Below, piece by piece: positions 8,311-19,698 of a stretch of 64,000 nt of DNA. Below the pieces are notes generated by a model. That model saw only the letters and a program-made list of their open reading frames with translations. It ran no database searches and was not told the origin of the DNA. The translations under genes were made by a program, and so were the position numbers. Position 1 is the stretch's first letter; every line of letters starts with the position of its first letter. This DNA is from Anaeromyxobacter sp. (lineage in GTDB: Bacteria > Myxococcota > Myxococcia > Myxococcales > Anaeromyxobacteraceae), in assembly GCA_049840735.1 (NCBI GenBank), contig JASGJN010000022.1, positions 256,001 to 320,000 on the forward strand, read 5' to 3'.

Positions 8311-11300
8311 ATGACGTTCCAGGCGACGGCCGTGAGGCGGTGGCTGCGGGTGCTGATGAGGGCCTTCGGGATGGCGCTGCTGCTGGCCGCGCAGGCGGCT
8401 GCGGCGCAGAGCATCCCGGTGGCGCACGTCTACCACAACCACATGCCCAACTTCTGGCCGTACTACGCGAACTCGAACGCCGAGGTGATCGCGAAGTACG
8501 ACGCCACGCGGGTGGGCGACCCGATCCGCTACCTGACCGACGGCGAGGTCATCAAGCTCAAGCTGAACCCGCCGGCCGGCTATCCCTACTGGCTGCCGTC
8601 CACGGTGGGCACCGGGCCGATGCCGCATGACGACCTGGTCACCTACTACAGCCATCACGCGAAGTACCAGTGCTACCAGTCCTACCCGCCGGGCTTCGGG
8701 CTGCACGGCTGGCCCATGGCCAGCGCCGAGCAGATGCAGGGCTTCGCCGGGGGCAACGGCCAGGTGCACGTCACCTTCTCCGGCTCGCTGGCCACCAACG
8801 TGAACGGCCTGGAGCTCGGCGGCGCGATCCCGGGCTTCTACAACAACGGCTCCGCCTGGAACACCGAGTTCGTCAACGACGTCCGGAACCTCAAGACCAA
8901 CGGCGGGTACCAGACGCTGGACATGCTCCACTTCACGGCCCACCACAGCCTGGGGCCGCTGGTCGGGCGCGAGTACTTCCTCAAGGACCTGATCGCGCAC
9001 GGCGCCACCCTGGCGCAGCCCTGGTTCCTGGGCTCGAACTACAAGTCCTCGCGCGGCTTCTTCCCCACCGAGCTCTCCTTCTCCACGCGGCTCGTGCCGG
9101 AGCTGGCCAAGCTGGGCGTGCAGTGGACGGTGGTGGGCAACAACCACTTCTCCCACGCGCTCACCGACTACCCGTACGCGGACTACGACGCCCGGCTCGA
9201 CGCCAACACCTCGCCGCCCAACCGCGCGGACCTGCGCAACACCTCCACCATCGGCAGCTGGGTGATCGCGCCGATGACCAACCAGGAGGTCAGCATCGTC
9301 AACAAGTACCCCTTCGCCTCCACGCCGCACTGGGTGCGCCAGGTGGATCCCTTCACCGGCGCCGTCTCCAAGCTGGCCGCCATCCCGGCCAGCCAGAACG
9401 GCCAGTGGGAGGAGGGGTTCAACGGCCAGGTCACGGTGGCGGAGTACCTGCCCTACGCGTCGCTCGAGCCGCGCCAGTACTACGTGCTGGCCCACGACGG
9501 CGACAACTCCATGGGCCGGTCCGGCTCCTGGGAGACCTGGTCCAACGGCACCACCGTCACGGGCTCGGGCAACGGCTACAACCTGGGCGTGGACGAGTAC
9601 CTGAAGAAGTTCCCCATCCCGGCCACCGACGTGGTGCACGTCCAGGACGGGTCCTGGGCCGACGTGCTGGACGCGTCCTCCGACCCGATGTTCTACCACT
9701 GGCACCAGCCCTTCCTGATCTGGACGGGCCAGTTCAAGGAGTTCAACAAGACCACCGGCCTCGCGCTCGCGCCCAAGAAGAACCTGCGCGGCGTGCCGGA
9801 CGAGGCCACCGTCACCTTCGAGTACGGCTGGCACTACCAGGAGCTGGCCTACGCCAAGCTGCAGCCGGCGCTCAACTTCGCGATCACCGCGGAGCAGAAT
9901 CTGGCTCGACAACCACCCCACCCACTGGTCGCCCACCACCGCGCTCGACGCGCAGGTCACCTACGCCGGCAACCAGCTCAACCCCTGGATGATCGCGGCG
10001 CCGGTGAAGGGTGACCCGGCCGCCGACTACAAGAACGGCGCCAACCCGGCCGAGCTGGCCTGGTACTTCCTGCTCGCCGCCATGGACTCCGGGTTCGGCT
10101 ACTACGGCGAGAACCAGGACGACGACGTGAAGCCGGTGCTGGCCATCAACAACTCGCTGGCCATCTCGCAGCGGTACGTGCGCGACAACGCCGGTCAGGA
10201 CCGCACCGGCCCGTCGGTCTGGGTGCCGCAGCGCTGGCCTGGCAACCCCGGCTCGGTCAACGGCTCCAAGGCCGAGGGCTGGACCACGCACTGGTTCAGC
10301 AACAAGTTCGCGGTCTACACCTACGCCTACGACCTCGCCGGCATGGGCACCGTCAACCTGATGGTGCGGCCGCACACCAAGAAGACCATCGCCGCCAACG
10401 ACGACACGTACAAGGTGGTCTACCCGTCGGTGCTGGCCGGCGCCGCCGGCCTCTCCATCACGCCGGCGAACGTGGGCAGCTGGACCGCCTACCCGATGCG
10501 CGTGCGCGACCTGCGCCCGGTCATGAACGGCGTGGACTGGATCCCGACCGAGAAGGCCACCATGCACGTGCTGCCGGCCAGCGAGGTCGGCAACCTGTAC
10601 TACGCCTACCTGGACCAGTACCGGGACCAGCTGGTCGACTACTACATCCAGGCCACCGACGCCTGGGGCAACATCACCCGCACCGACATCCAGCAGGTCT
10701 ACGTCGGCGCCGGGCGCTACAACGCGGGCGGCAAGTCCGGCTACGTCGAGAGCGCCACCGGGACCGTGGTCGGCACCAATCCGTTCATCACCGCCGGCGC
10801 CGTCGCCACCCCCACCACCGCGGCGCCGGACTTCTACCCGGCCTCCGGCAGCTACGGCACGGCGCAGAGCGTGCAGATCCTCGACGCCACGCCGGGCGCG
10901 GTCATCTACTACACGCTCGACGGCAGCACGCCCACCACCGGCTCGACGGTCTACTCCGGCCCCATCACGGTGAGCGGCTCGACCATCCTCACCGCCATGG
11001 CGGTGGCGAGCGGCCTGGGCCAGAGCGGCGTCTCCTCCTCGACCTACATCGTCGGCGCGCCGCCGCCGCGCGCCGCGGCGCCGTACTTCACGCCGGCCGC
11101 CGGCGTCTACGCCACCGCGCAGAGCGTGGCCATCGCCTCGGTCACGCCGGGCGCGGTCATCTACTACACCACGGACGGCACGGCCCCGAGCACCGCCTCC
11201 ACCCGCTACAGCGCGCCCGTCCCGGTCAGCGCCAGCACCACGCTCCGCGCGATCGCGCTGGCCAGCGGGTACGCGCAGAGCCTGGAGGCGAGCGGCCGGT

Positions 11301-13084
11301 TCGTGATCGGCACCGCGCCCGGGCAGCCGCAGGGCGTGACCGCCTCCGCCACCTCCACCAGCGCCATCGGCCTGGGCTGGACCGCGGTCACCGGCGCCAC
11401 CTCCTACCTGGTGGAGAAGGCCACGGCCGCGACCGGCCCGTTCACCTCGGCGGGGACCAGCGCCGGCACCTCCCTGGCCGTCACCGGCCTGGCCTCCGGC
11501 ACCTGGTACTGGTTCCGCGTCTCGGCGGTGAACGAGGCCGGCAGCTCGACGCCCTCGGCGGTGGTCTCGGCCAGGACCGACGGCTTCGTGGCCACGTACA
11601 CCACCATGACGCTGCGCGGCTCCATGAACGCCTGGGCCACCACGTCCATGACGCTGGTGGCGGACTACACCTGGCAGGCGCAGGTGACGCTGGCCGCCTC
11701 CACCGCGTACACGTACAAGTACGACGCCTCCGGCGCCTGGACCAGCGGGCAGAACTGGGGCCTGGGCGGCACCGCCGGGGTGGCCGCCCTCAACGGCAGC
11801 AACATCGGCTACACCACCGCCGCGGCCGGCACCTACACCTTCCAGTTCAACGACCGGACGCTGGCCTACACGGTGTCCCCGCCGGCGGCCACCATCCCGC
11901 TGGCGCCGACAAACGTGGTCCCCACGCCGGTCTCCGGGACGCAGATCGACCTGGCCTGGACCGCCTCCGCCGGCGCCACCAGCTACACCGTCAACCGCGG
12001 CGCCTCCAGCAACGGGCCCTTCGTGGTGGCCGGCTCGCCCACCACCAACAGGTTCTCCGACACCGGGCTCACACCGGGGCAGCAGTACTTCTACTACCTG
12101 ACCGCCTCCAACGCGGCCGGCACCTCGACCGGCTCCGTGGCGGTCTACGTCACCACGCCCACGCCGCCGGCCGCGCCCACCGGGCTCGCCGCGACGGTGG
12201 TCTCCTCGAGCCGCATCGACCTGTCCTGGACGGCCGTCACCGACGCCACCTCCTACGCCGTCTACCAGGCCACCGCCGCGGCCGGTCCCTTCACCCGCGT
12301 GACCACCAGCACCACCGCCGCGGCCAGCGTGACCGCGCTGGCGGGCTCGACCACCTACTGGTTCCAGGTGACCGCGCTCTCCACCGGCGGCGAGTCCACC
12401 GCCTCCGCCCCGGTCTCGGCCAAGACGCCGACGCCGCAGTGGACCTCGACCTACCCCGCCATGTACCTGCGCGGCTCCATGAACAGCTGGGGCACCACGG
12501 CCATGGCGCTCACCGCCAACAACACCTGGCAGGTCTCGGTGACGCTCACCGGCGGCACGACGTACACGTACAAGTACGACGCCACCGGCACCTGGGCCAC
12601 GGGCACGAACTGGGGCGACACCAACGCCGACGGCATCGGCGAGGCGGGCGGCAGCAACATCTCCTACCTCGCGCCGGCCACCGGCACCTACGTGTTCCAG
12701 TTCAACGACTCCACCCGCGCCTACTCGGTCACGCCGCCCGGCGGCGTCTGCACCACCGTGCCGGTGACCTTCACCATCGCCAACGCCAACACCGTCACCG
12801 GCCAGAACCTGTACGTGGTCGGGAGCGTGGCGGCGCTGGGGAGCTGGGCGCCGGCCAGCGGCTTCGCCCTCACCATCCAGGGCACGGGCGCCAACGCCAC
12901 CTGGAGCGGCACGGTCGCGCTCCCGGCGGCCGCCGCCATCCAGTACAAGTACGTGAAGCGCAACCCGACCACCGGCGCGGTGGTCTGGGAGAGCGCGCAG
13001 ACCACCACCAGCGGCAACCGCGAGAAGACCACCGCCGCCTGCGGCTCCACCAGCAGCTTCGCCGACGGCAGCTTCAAGCAGTAG
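8311..13084 (+). CDS. Secreted multidomain GH119 (GH57-related) alpha-amylase: catalytic domain, 2 chitobiase/Fn3-like, 3 FN3, 2 starch-binding-like repeats, C-terminal CBM20; one frameshift at ~9898
   Basis: Signal peptide; HNHMP, FPTELSF, AHDGDN, QDGSW motifs; removing one A at 9897-9901 joins ORFs 8131..10014 and 9989..13084 (EQIWLDNHPTHWSP...). Confidence 0.82.
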
Positions 13085-13228
13085 CTGGCAGCACCCGCGA
13101 CCCCGCGGAGGGGCGGCCCCCGGTTCGCGCCGGGGGCCGCCGCCGTCGCCCAGGCGCGCTGCGCGGCCGCTGGCGCCCGGGGCTGGCAGGGCGCGGTCAC
13201 GCCGGCGGCCGTGGCTCGTCGGAGGGCC

Positions 13229-15709
13229 ATGGGTCCCCTGCATCGAAGCCGGACGCCTCGCCTCGCGCCGCTCCTCGCGCTCTCCCTCGCGCTCGGCGCC
13301 TGCCGCAGCTCCGGGGGCGCCACCCCGCCGCCGCCCGCGCTGCCGGCCGCCCCCTGCGACGGCGTGCACGTCGCCGGCGCGCTCTACCCCGGGACGCCGG
13401 CGCACGCCTGCGTGACCGTCCCGGCGGAGGGCACGGTCCGCGTCCGGCTCTCCACGACCGACGCCTTCTCGACGCTCCCGTCCTGGGCGGTCGATCCGGC
13501 CGCGCTGGCGGCGCCGCCGCCCGCCTTCACGGTCGAGGAAACCGACGCGGCGGTGACGGTGCGGACCGCGCGGCTGGGGCTCCGGATCACCAGGGCGCCG
13601 CTCCGCGCCGCGCTGCTCGACCCCGCCGGCCAGGTGATCACCGCGGAGGCCGACCCGGTCTGGATCGGCGCGCAGGGCGGCGCCGACGCCTGGACGCTCT
13701 CGCCGACGGCGCACGTCTACGGGCTGGGCGACAAGGCCGGCCCCCTCAATCGCCGCGGCCGGGCCTACACGTCCTGGAACACGGACGCCTACGGCTGGGG
13801 CCCGGGCGCGGACCCGCTCTACAAGTCGATCCCGTTCGCGGTGGTGCTGGACGAGGGGCGGAGCTACGGCCTCTTCTTCGACAACCCCACCCGCAGCACG
13901 CTCGGCGTGGGCGCGCCCGGGGCCACCAATCGGCTGCTCTGGAGCGGGGAGCGGGGCGGCCTGGACCTGTACCTGTTCGCCGGGCCGGACCCGAAGGACG
14001 TGGTGGCCGGCTACGCGGCCCTCACCGGGCGCACCCCGCTGCCGCCCCGCTGGACGCTCGGCTACCACCAGAGCCGCTACAGCTACATGAGCGAGGCCGA
14101 GGTCCGGACGCTCGCGGCCGACCTCCGCTCGCACGGCTTCCCGGCCGACGCCATCTGGCTCGACATCGACTTCCAGGAGGGGAACGCGCCCTTCACCGTG
14201 AGCGCGACCCGGTTCCCCACCTTCGGCGCCATGGTCTCCGACCTGAAGGCGCAGCAGGGGATCCGGACCGTGGTCATCACCGACCTGCACCTCAAGGCGG
14301 CGCGCGGGTACGCGCCCTACGACCAAGGCCTGGCCGGCGATCACCTGGTCCACGCGGCGGACGGCTCCGTCTTCGTCGGGAACGTCTGGCCGGGCGCCTC
14401 GGTCTTCCCCGAGTTCACGCGGGCCGCGGATCGCGCCTGGTGGGGCACGCTCTACGCCGGCTTCGTGGGCCAGGGCGTGGACGGCTTCTGGAACGACATG
14501 AACGAGCCGGCGCTCTTCGACACGCCGGAGCGGACCATCCCGGACGACGTGCGCCACCGGCTGGACGGCGGCGGCGCGCTCGACCACGTGGCGGTCCACA
14601 ACGCGTACGGCTCGCTCAACGCGCGGGCCACCTGCGAGGGCGTGCTGGCGCTCCGGCCCAGCGTCCGCCCCTTCGTGCTCACCCGCGCCGCCTACGCCGG
14701 CACCCAGCGCTGGGCGGCCACCTGGACCGGCGACAACGTCGCCACGCGCGCGCACCTCGCGCTGACCGTGCCGCAGCTGGGCAGCCTGGGCGTCTCCGGG
14801 TACCCCTTCGCCGGCGCCGACGTGGGCGGGTTCGTCGGCTGCCCCGGCGCCGACCTCCTCACGGAGTGGATGGAGCTGGGCGCCTGGCAGCCCTTCTACC
14901 GGAACCACAGCACCAGGGACGCCTGCCGCCGTGAGCCCTGGGTGGACGGGGCCGACCACGAGGCCCGCCGCCGCGCGGCCGTCGAGGGGCGCTACCGGCT
15001 GCTCCCCTACCTCTACACGGCCTTCGAGGACGCCTCGCGCACCGGGCTCCCGGTGATGCGGCCCCTGTGGCTGGACCGCCCGGCCAATCCCTCCACCTGG
15101 ACCAACGACCGCGCCTTCCTCCTGGGCGAGGACCTGCTGGTCTCGGCCAGGCTCGACGCCGGCACCACCTCCTGGAGCGTGACGCTGCCGGCCGGGCGGT
15201 GGTGGGACACGCGCACCGGCGCGCCGGCCGAGGGCGGGGTGCGGCGGGTCACGCCAGCAGCGGCGGAGAGCCTCCGGGTCTTCGCCCGGGCCGGCGCAAT
15301 CGTGCCGCAGGCCCCGGTCACCCTGACCGCCGACGCCGCGCCGCAGGGGCCGCTCACGCTGGACGTCTGGCCGGGCGACGACTGCCGCGGGCGGCTCTAC
15401 CTCGACGACGGCGAGAGCTTCGCCTACCGCGAGGGCGCGCTCCGGCGCGTCGCCTACACCTGCGCGGCCCGCCCCGGCGGGATCACCGTCCAGGCCTCCT
15501 CCACCGGGACCTACGCCACCTGGTGGAGCGGCACGGCGCTGGTGATCCACGGCGTGCCATCGGCGCCGACCGAGGTGACGGCCGCCGGCGTCGAGGCGCC
15601 GGGCTGGAGCTACGACGCGGCTGCGCAGGCGCTGACCATCCAGCTCCCGGGCGGCGGCGCGGACTGGACCGTGACGGCCGCGTGGACGGCGGCGGCGCGG
15701 CGGCGCTGA
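13229..15709 (+). CDS. GH31 alpha-glucosidase, predicted lipoprotein
   Basis: YGLGDK, LYKSIPF, GYHQSRYSY, catalytic GFWNDMNEP, WTGDN, GADVGGF; lipobox LGAC. Confidence 0.92.
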   Translation: MGPLHRSRTPRLAPLLALSLALGACRSSGGATPPPPALPAAPCDGVHVAGALYPGTPAHACVTVPAEGTVRVRLSTTDAFSTLPSWAVDPAALAAPPPAFTVEETDAAVTVRTARLGLRITRAPLRAALLDPAGQVITAEADPVWIGAQGGADAWTLSPTAHVYGLGDKAGPLNRRGRAYTSWNTDAYGWGPGADPLYKSIPFAVVLDEGRSYGLFFDNPTRSTLGVGAPGATNRLLWSGERGGLDLYLFAGPDPKDVVAGYAALTGRTPLPPRWTLGYHQSRYSYMSEAEVRTLAADLRSHGFPADAIWLDIDFQEGNAPFTVSATRFPTFGAMVSDLKAQQGIRTVVITDLHLKAARGYAPYDQGLAGDHLVHAADGSVFVGNVWPGASVFPEFTRAADRAWWGTLYAGFVGQGVDGFWNDMNEPALFDTPERTIPDDVRHRLDGGGALDHVAVHNAYGSLNARATCEGVLALRPSVRPFVLTRAAYAGTQRWAATWTGDNVATRAHLALTVPQLGSLGVSGYPFAGADVGGFVGCPGADLLTEWMELGAWQPFYRNHSTRDACRREPWVDGADHEARRRAAVEGRYRLLPYLYTAFEDASRTGLPVMRPLWLDRPANPSTWTNDRAFLLGEDLLVSARLDAGTTSWSVTLPAGRWWDTRTGAPAEGGVRRVTPAAAESLRVFARAGAIVPQAPVTLTADAAPQGPLTLDVWPGDDCRGRLYLDDGESFAYREGALRRVAYTCAARPGGITVQASSTGTYATWWSGTALVIHGVPSAPTEVTAAGVEAPGWSYDAAAQALTIQLPGGGADWTVTAAWTAAARRR

Positions 15710-15774
15710 GGCGTGCAGCGCCACCGGCCCAAGGGCGGCCGGCGGCGCTCGCGCGCTCTCGGGTGGGACTGCGA

Positions 15775-16206
15775 TCAGGCGACGACGGAGACCGTGGCCG
15801 TCGTGGCCGGCTTCGTGGAATCGGTGGCCGGCGAGGAGGCCGGGGTGGTGGAGGTCGTGGCGCCGCCGGTGGAGGGCGGGGTGGCGGCGTCGCCGCTGGT
15901 GCTGGACGCGGCGAAGGCCAGCAGCGCGCGGAGGAAGTCGCGCACCGCCTGGAAGAGGTGGCCGAGCGCGAGCCCGTCGCCGTGCTCACCGTCCTGGGCC
16001 TGGGCGCGCGCCGCGCCGCCGTCCTCGTGGTGGTGGTGGCGGTGGTGGTGCTTGCGCCCCGGGCCCTCGAGCGCTGGACGCGAGGCCTCGTCGGAGAGGG
16101 AGACGGTCACCGACGCCGCCTCGACCTGCTGCACCGCCTGCGGACCACCGACGGTGACCTGCAGCCGCGTGTACGTGAACGAACCTTGCACGGCGCTGAC
16201 CGACAT
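15775..16206 (-). CDS. Hypothetical His-rich, Ser/Thr-rich protein
   Basis: GGAGG RBS; MSVSAVQG N-terminus; KHHHRHHHHE tract; high GC3. Confidence 0.72.
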   Translation of the reverse strand: MSVSAVQGSFTYTRLQVTVGGPQAVQQVEAASVTVSLSDEASRPALEGPGRKHHHRHHHHEDGGAARAQAQDGEHGDGLALGHLFQAVRDFLRALLAFAASSTSGDAATPPSTGGATTSTTPASSPATDSTKPATTATVSVVA

Positions 16207-16242
16207 GACGGACCTCCGAGGACTCCCTCCCAGACACCTGGG

Positions 16243-16269
16243 ACATCGGATCGATCCGGGCGCACCTTA
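16243..16269 (-). promoter_or_regulatory. Putative sigma-28 (FliA-type) promoter
   Basis: Minus strand TAAG-N15-TCCGATGT, ~37 nt upstream of ATG 16206. Confidence 0.5.
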
Positions 16270-16349
16270 AGCGTAAACGGTCGCTCCGCACGCACAGGGG
16301 GGCGCGGGGCCGGAGGCGGGCAGCGCCTTCCGCCCCGGAGGCGGCAGGC

Positions 16350-17166
16350 CTATGTCCCGCCCACCCCGTCCGGCAGCCAGAATCCAGGCCTCCGCCTCGA
16401 GCTCGTCGGCCGTGGCGCGGGCGGCCGACTGCCGCTGCCCGGGCTCCAGCCGCGCGAAGGCCAGCAGCGCGGCGGAGAGGATCACGTTCTGGCGGGTGGT
16501 GGTGCGCCCGACGCGGCCGCGGGCCACCGAGCGCGTCCCGGGCGCGCCGGGGATGCCGTAGGCCTCCTCGAACGCCTGGGCGGCGTAGTCCGGCTCCTCC
16601 TCCAGCGAGACCGAGATGGAGGGGATGCGGCGGATCAGCTCCAGCTGGCCGGCCTCGAAGAGCTCGCGCACCCGCGCCAGCGCGCCGGCCTGCTCGTACA
16701 GGCACAGCCCGAACTCCTGCCCCGCCATCCCCATCACCGAGGCCTCCCAGGCGTGCGGGGCGCCGCCGGCGGTGATGGTGAGCGGCACCGCCACGTCCCC
16801 GTCGAAGCGGTCCCAGGGGTGCGCCTGGCAGAAGGCCACGAAGGCGTCGGCCAGGCCGTAGGCCGCGGCCGCGCCGCCCGGTCCGGTCGCGTCCACCGCC
16901 GAGGCCACCGCCAGCGCGGCGCGCGCCACCAGCACCTCCTGCGGCAGCGCGCCGATGAGCAGCCCCAGCCGCGCGGCGGTCTCCTCCAGGTCCGGCGCGC
17001 AGACCAGCTGCTCGGGATCGCCGTCCCGGAGCAGCGCGCGCACGCCGGCCAGGTCGTTCCGCTCCAGCACCGGGGCGGAGAGTCCACCGGGCCCCATGGA
17101 GCAGTAGACGAAGACCGGCGGCTCGTCCGCGATCGGCAGGGGGCCGAGCTTGAAGGCGTGGCGCAC
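16350..17166 (-). CDS. Hypothetical protein (F..PW...SVMG..GE.GL.LY pattern); probable frameshift at ~16382
   Basis: ORF 16267..17166 has a tail with atypical codons; removing one base at 16380-16384 gives AWIWLPDGVGGT-stop at 16350. Confidence 0.6.
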
Positions 17167-17255
17167 GGGGCAGGTCTAGCGCGGCCGAGGCCTCCGGGCC
17201 AGCGCCGCGCGCGACGTGCATCGGCCGCGGCCGCGATGGTAGGGTGCGGCCCCCT

Positions 17256-17864
17256 ATGAGCTTCCTCGCCATCCTGGTGCTGGCCGTCGGCCTCTCGATG
17301 GACGCCATGGCCGTCTCCGCCGCCCGCGGCCTGGCCGTGCGCCGGCTGCAATGGCGGCACGCCGGCCTGGTGGCCGCCTTCTTCGGCGGCTTCCAGGCGC
17401 TGATGCCGGTGCTGGGGTTCGCGCTGGGCAGCTGGCTGGGCCAGGTGGTGGAGGACTGGGACCACTGGATCGCCTTCGTGCTGCTGCTGGGCGTGGGGCT
17501 CAAGATGCTGCACGAGGCCTGGGAGGCGGCCCGCGAGGCGCGCGCGCAGCTGGCGGACCCGGAGCGCGCGGCGCGCGAGCGGCCGGACGACGACGCGCTC
17601 TTCGGCCTGCGCGTGATGCTGGTGCTGGCGGTGGCCACCTCCATCGACGCCTTCGCGGTGGGCATCACCCTGCCGCTGCTGGGCGCGCCGCTGCTCACCT
17701 CCATCGCCACCATCGGCGTGACCACCGCGCTCCTCTCCGCGCTGGGGCTCCTGGCCGGCCGGCGCTTCGGCGCCATGCTGGGCGGGCGGCTGGACGCCTT
17801 CGGCGGCCTGGCGCTGATCGCGCTGGGCGCCAAGATCCTGCGCGACCACCTGACCGCCGGCTGA
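17256..17864 (+). CDS. mntP: Manganese efflux pump MntP
   Basis: LAVGLSMDAMAVS, FGGFQALMP, DHWIAF, ATSIDAFAVG; multiple TM segments. Confidence 0.92.
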   Translation: MSFLAILVLAVGLSMDAMAVSAARGLAVRRLQWRHAGLVAAFFGGFQALMPVLGFALGSWLGQVVEDWDHWIAFVLLLGVGLKMLHEAWEAAREARAQLADPERAARERPDDDALFGLRVMLVLAVATSIDAFAVGITLPLLGAPLLTSIATIGVTTALLSALGLLAGRRFGAMLGGRLDAFGGLALIALGAKILRDHLTAG

Positions 17865-17907
17865 GGCCGGGCCGGGAGGGAGCGGTCCGTCTGACCGCCG
17901 GCTGAGG
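17850..17907 (+). repeat. 17-bp perfect direct repeat duplicating the mntP 3' end
   Basis: CTGACCGCCGGCTGAGG at 17850-17866 and 17891-17907. Confidence 0.85.
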
Positions 17908-17985
17908 TCGTGCCGGGGGGGACCGATCGTTCGCGCCTCGACAGGCTCACGCGAGCGCCGGCTTGCGCCGCGGCGCGGAGGGGCG

Positions 17986-18939
17986 ATGATGGCGGGCATG
18001 CCGCCCGCCCCGCCCGCCCAACCGGAGGACGCTTCGCTCGCCAGCGCCGGCCTGGACGCGCTGCGCGAGGCCTACCCGCAGGACTGGGCGCGGGTCAGCG
18101 AGGCGCTGCTGGCGGCGCTCGCGACCGGCTCGGCCGAGAAGGTCGCGGTCTGGATGGGCGGCGTGCGGGCCGAGGCCGAGCACTGGCGCGGGCGGCTCCG
18201 GGCCAGCGGCGGGAACCCCAGCGTGGCGGCGGCGGCGCAGGCCGCGCTGGTGCGCGAGCGGCTGGCCCGCCTGGCGGTGGAGAAGACCACCTTCGCGCTG
18301 GCGGCGCGCCAGGCCGAGGGGAGCGTCCGGCTCGACCTGTGGAGCGGGATCCTGATCCAGCGCCTCCTCTTCGCGCGCGGGCTGGAGCGGAAGCCGGCCT
18401 CGGCCGCCTGGTTCCGGCGGGTCTGGCCGCTGGTGCGGCGCCGCAGCCGCGAGGTGCTGATGCCGCTCCTGGCGGCGCGCGGGGTCTATTGCTTCTACAC
18501 GCGCGCGCTGGTGGACGGGCTGGCCCGCCTCGCCGGCGGCCGCCCCTGCCTGGAGGTGGCGGCCGGAGACGGCACGCTCTCGCGCTTCCTGCGCGCCGCC
18601 GGCGTGGAGGTCACCGCCACCGACGACGCCAGCTGGAGCGCGGTGGCGCTGCCGCCGGAGGTGGAGCGGCTGGAGGCCCGCGCCGCGCTGCGCGCCCACC
18701 CGGCGCCGGTGGTGCTCTGCTCCTGGCCGCCGGCCGGCAACCGCTTCGAGCGGGCGGTGCTGGAGGCGCCGCACGTGGAGCGCTACGTGGTGATCGGCAG
18801 CCGCCACGCCTTCGCCACCGGCGATTGCGAGGCCTACGCGCGGCAGCAGCGCTTCGACGTCACCGTCGACGAGGCGCTCTCGGCCCAGGTGCTCCCGCCC
18901 GAGCTGGAGCCGGAGGTCCGGGTGTTCACGCGGAGATAG
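17986..18939 (+). CDS. Putative SAM-dependent methyltransferase
   Basis: Motif I CLEVAAGDGTLSRFL, VTATDD, VVLCSWPP. Confidence 0.7.
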   Translation: MMAGMPPAPPAQPEDASLASAGLDALREAYPQDWARVSEALLAALATGSAEKVAVWMGGVRAEAEHWRGRLRASGGNPSVAAAAQAALVRERLARLAVEKTTFALAARQAEGSVRLDLWSGILIQRLLFARGLERKPASAAWFRRVWPLVRRRSREVLMPLLAARGVYCFYTRALVDGLARLAGGRPCLEVAAGDGTLSRFLRAAGVEVTATDDASWSAVALPPEVERLEARAALRAHPAPVVLCSWPPAGNRFERAVLEAPHVERYVVIGSRHAFATGDCEAYARQQRFDVTVDEALSAQVLPPELEPEVRVFTRR

Positions 18940-18977
18940 AGGACGTACTGCCGCCGGTCGGGGAGCTGTCGAGGTTG

Positions 18978-19158
18978 GGAGCGGCGAGGGGGGGAAGGGA
19001 TTTGAAGCATCTCGAAGGGGTTGGGAAAACCCGAAGCAGGACGTGCCGTTACCCTCCAACCCTTCGTTCCCTCTCAGCTTTCATGTGCCGTAGCGTTCCG
19101 TCTCGTCCCGGCATGTCCCGCCTCATTCCGCGCTTTCACGGCACATGTACGGCACATG
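18978..19158 (-). mobile_element. att-like scar: degenerate tRNA 3' fragment plus arm-type repeats
   Basis: AAGGGATTTGAA (18995-19006) is shared with 23358-23369; CGGCACATG direct repeats at 19139-19147 and 19150-19158, inverted copy at 19082-19090. Confidence 0.55.
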
Positions 19159-19161
19159 GCG

Positions 19162-19698
19162 CTACCGGCGCGGGCCGGGCCGGCGCGGGGGCGCTCTCGT
19201 CGGCGATGCACCCGGCACCGCGAGCAAGTCCGCCTCGCGCTCGAGCCGGGCTGCTTCGCTCCGTAGACGTTCGGCCTCGCGGCGCGACCGCGCTGCGCGC
19301 TCGCGAAGACGAGCGGTCTCCTCCTCCTGCCGCAGCTCGGCAACCGGAGCTCCGTCTCTCTTCGCCATGATCTCGAAGAGCTGGCGGCGAGCCCACGCAG
19401 CCCACCTATCGAGATCGTCCGGCGTGGCACCGTCTGGTGCCTTCATCGTGACGTGGTACTGGCGGGGACGCCGCTTCCCCTCGGGTGGCTTAGGGATGCA
19501 GGCCGAGCCGCAGTAGCGTGCGCCGTTCGGGCCGCTGTACCAGCCCTGGAGCACGGACGCCCATCGTGCGCGCGTCCTCTTCCCACACGTCGCGCAGACG
19601 AGCCTCTCCGGCGGACGTCGAAAGAAGAACGGGTCCTCTGGACTCGTCATGTCTTCCCGTCTCTTCTTCCGCTGCCGTCGCTGGCTCTTCGCGCTCAC
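19162..19698 (-). CDS. Hypothetical Cys-motif/coiled-coil protein, likely island cargo
   Basis: CATC...YCGSAC, C-terminal coiled coil; codon usage differs from neighbours; start uncertain. Confidence 0.5.
   Translation of the reverse strand: MSAKSQRRQRKKRREDMTSPEDPFFFRRPPERLVCATCGKRTRARWASVLQGWYSGPNGARYCGSACIPKPPEGKRRPRQYHVTMKAPDGATPDDLDRWAAWARRQLFEIMAKRDGAPVAELRQEEETARLRERAARSRREAERLRSEAARLEREADLLAVPGASPTRAPPRRPGPRR

Noticed and set aside
9897..9901. Programmed ribosomal frameshift or true pseudogenisation of the GH119 gene and other split genes
   Set aside because: No slippery heptamer, both halves are undecayed, and the shared GATC context points to sequencing error
9884..15724. 1946 aa minus-strand ORF (similarly 52391..55567, 56447..60592, 23512..26655)
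   Set aside because: Antisense shadows of real high-GC3 genes: Arg/Gly/Ala-rich, no motifs, and fully overlapping well-supported CDSs
15817..15823. Another GAATC that might be a GATC insertion error
   Set aside because: The existing frame (GAT TCC ACG...) keeps high GC3 to a natural stop, so the site is probably genuine
17167..17255. yybP-ykoY manganese riboswitch expected upstream of mntP
   Set aside because: The intergenic region is under 90 nt and I see no recognisable conserved core
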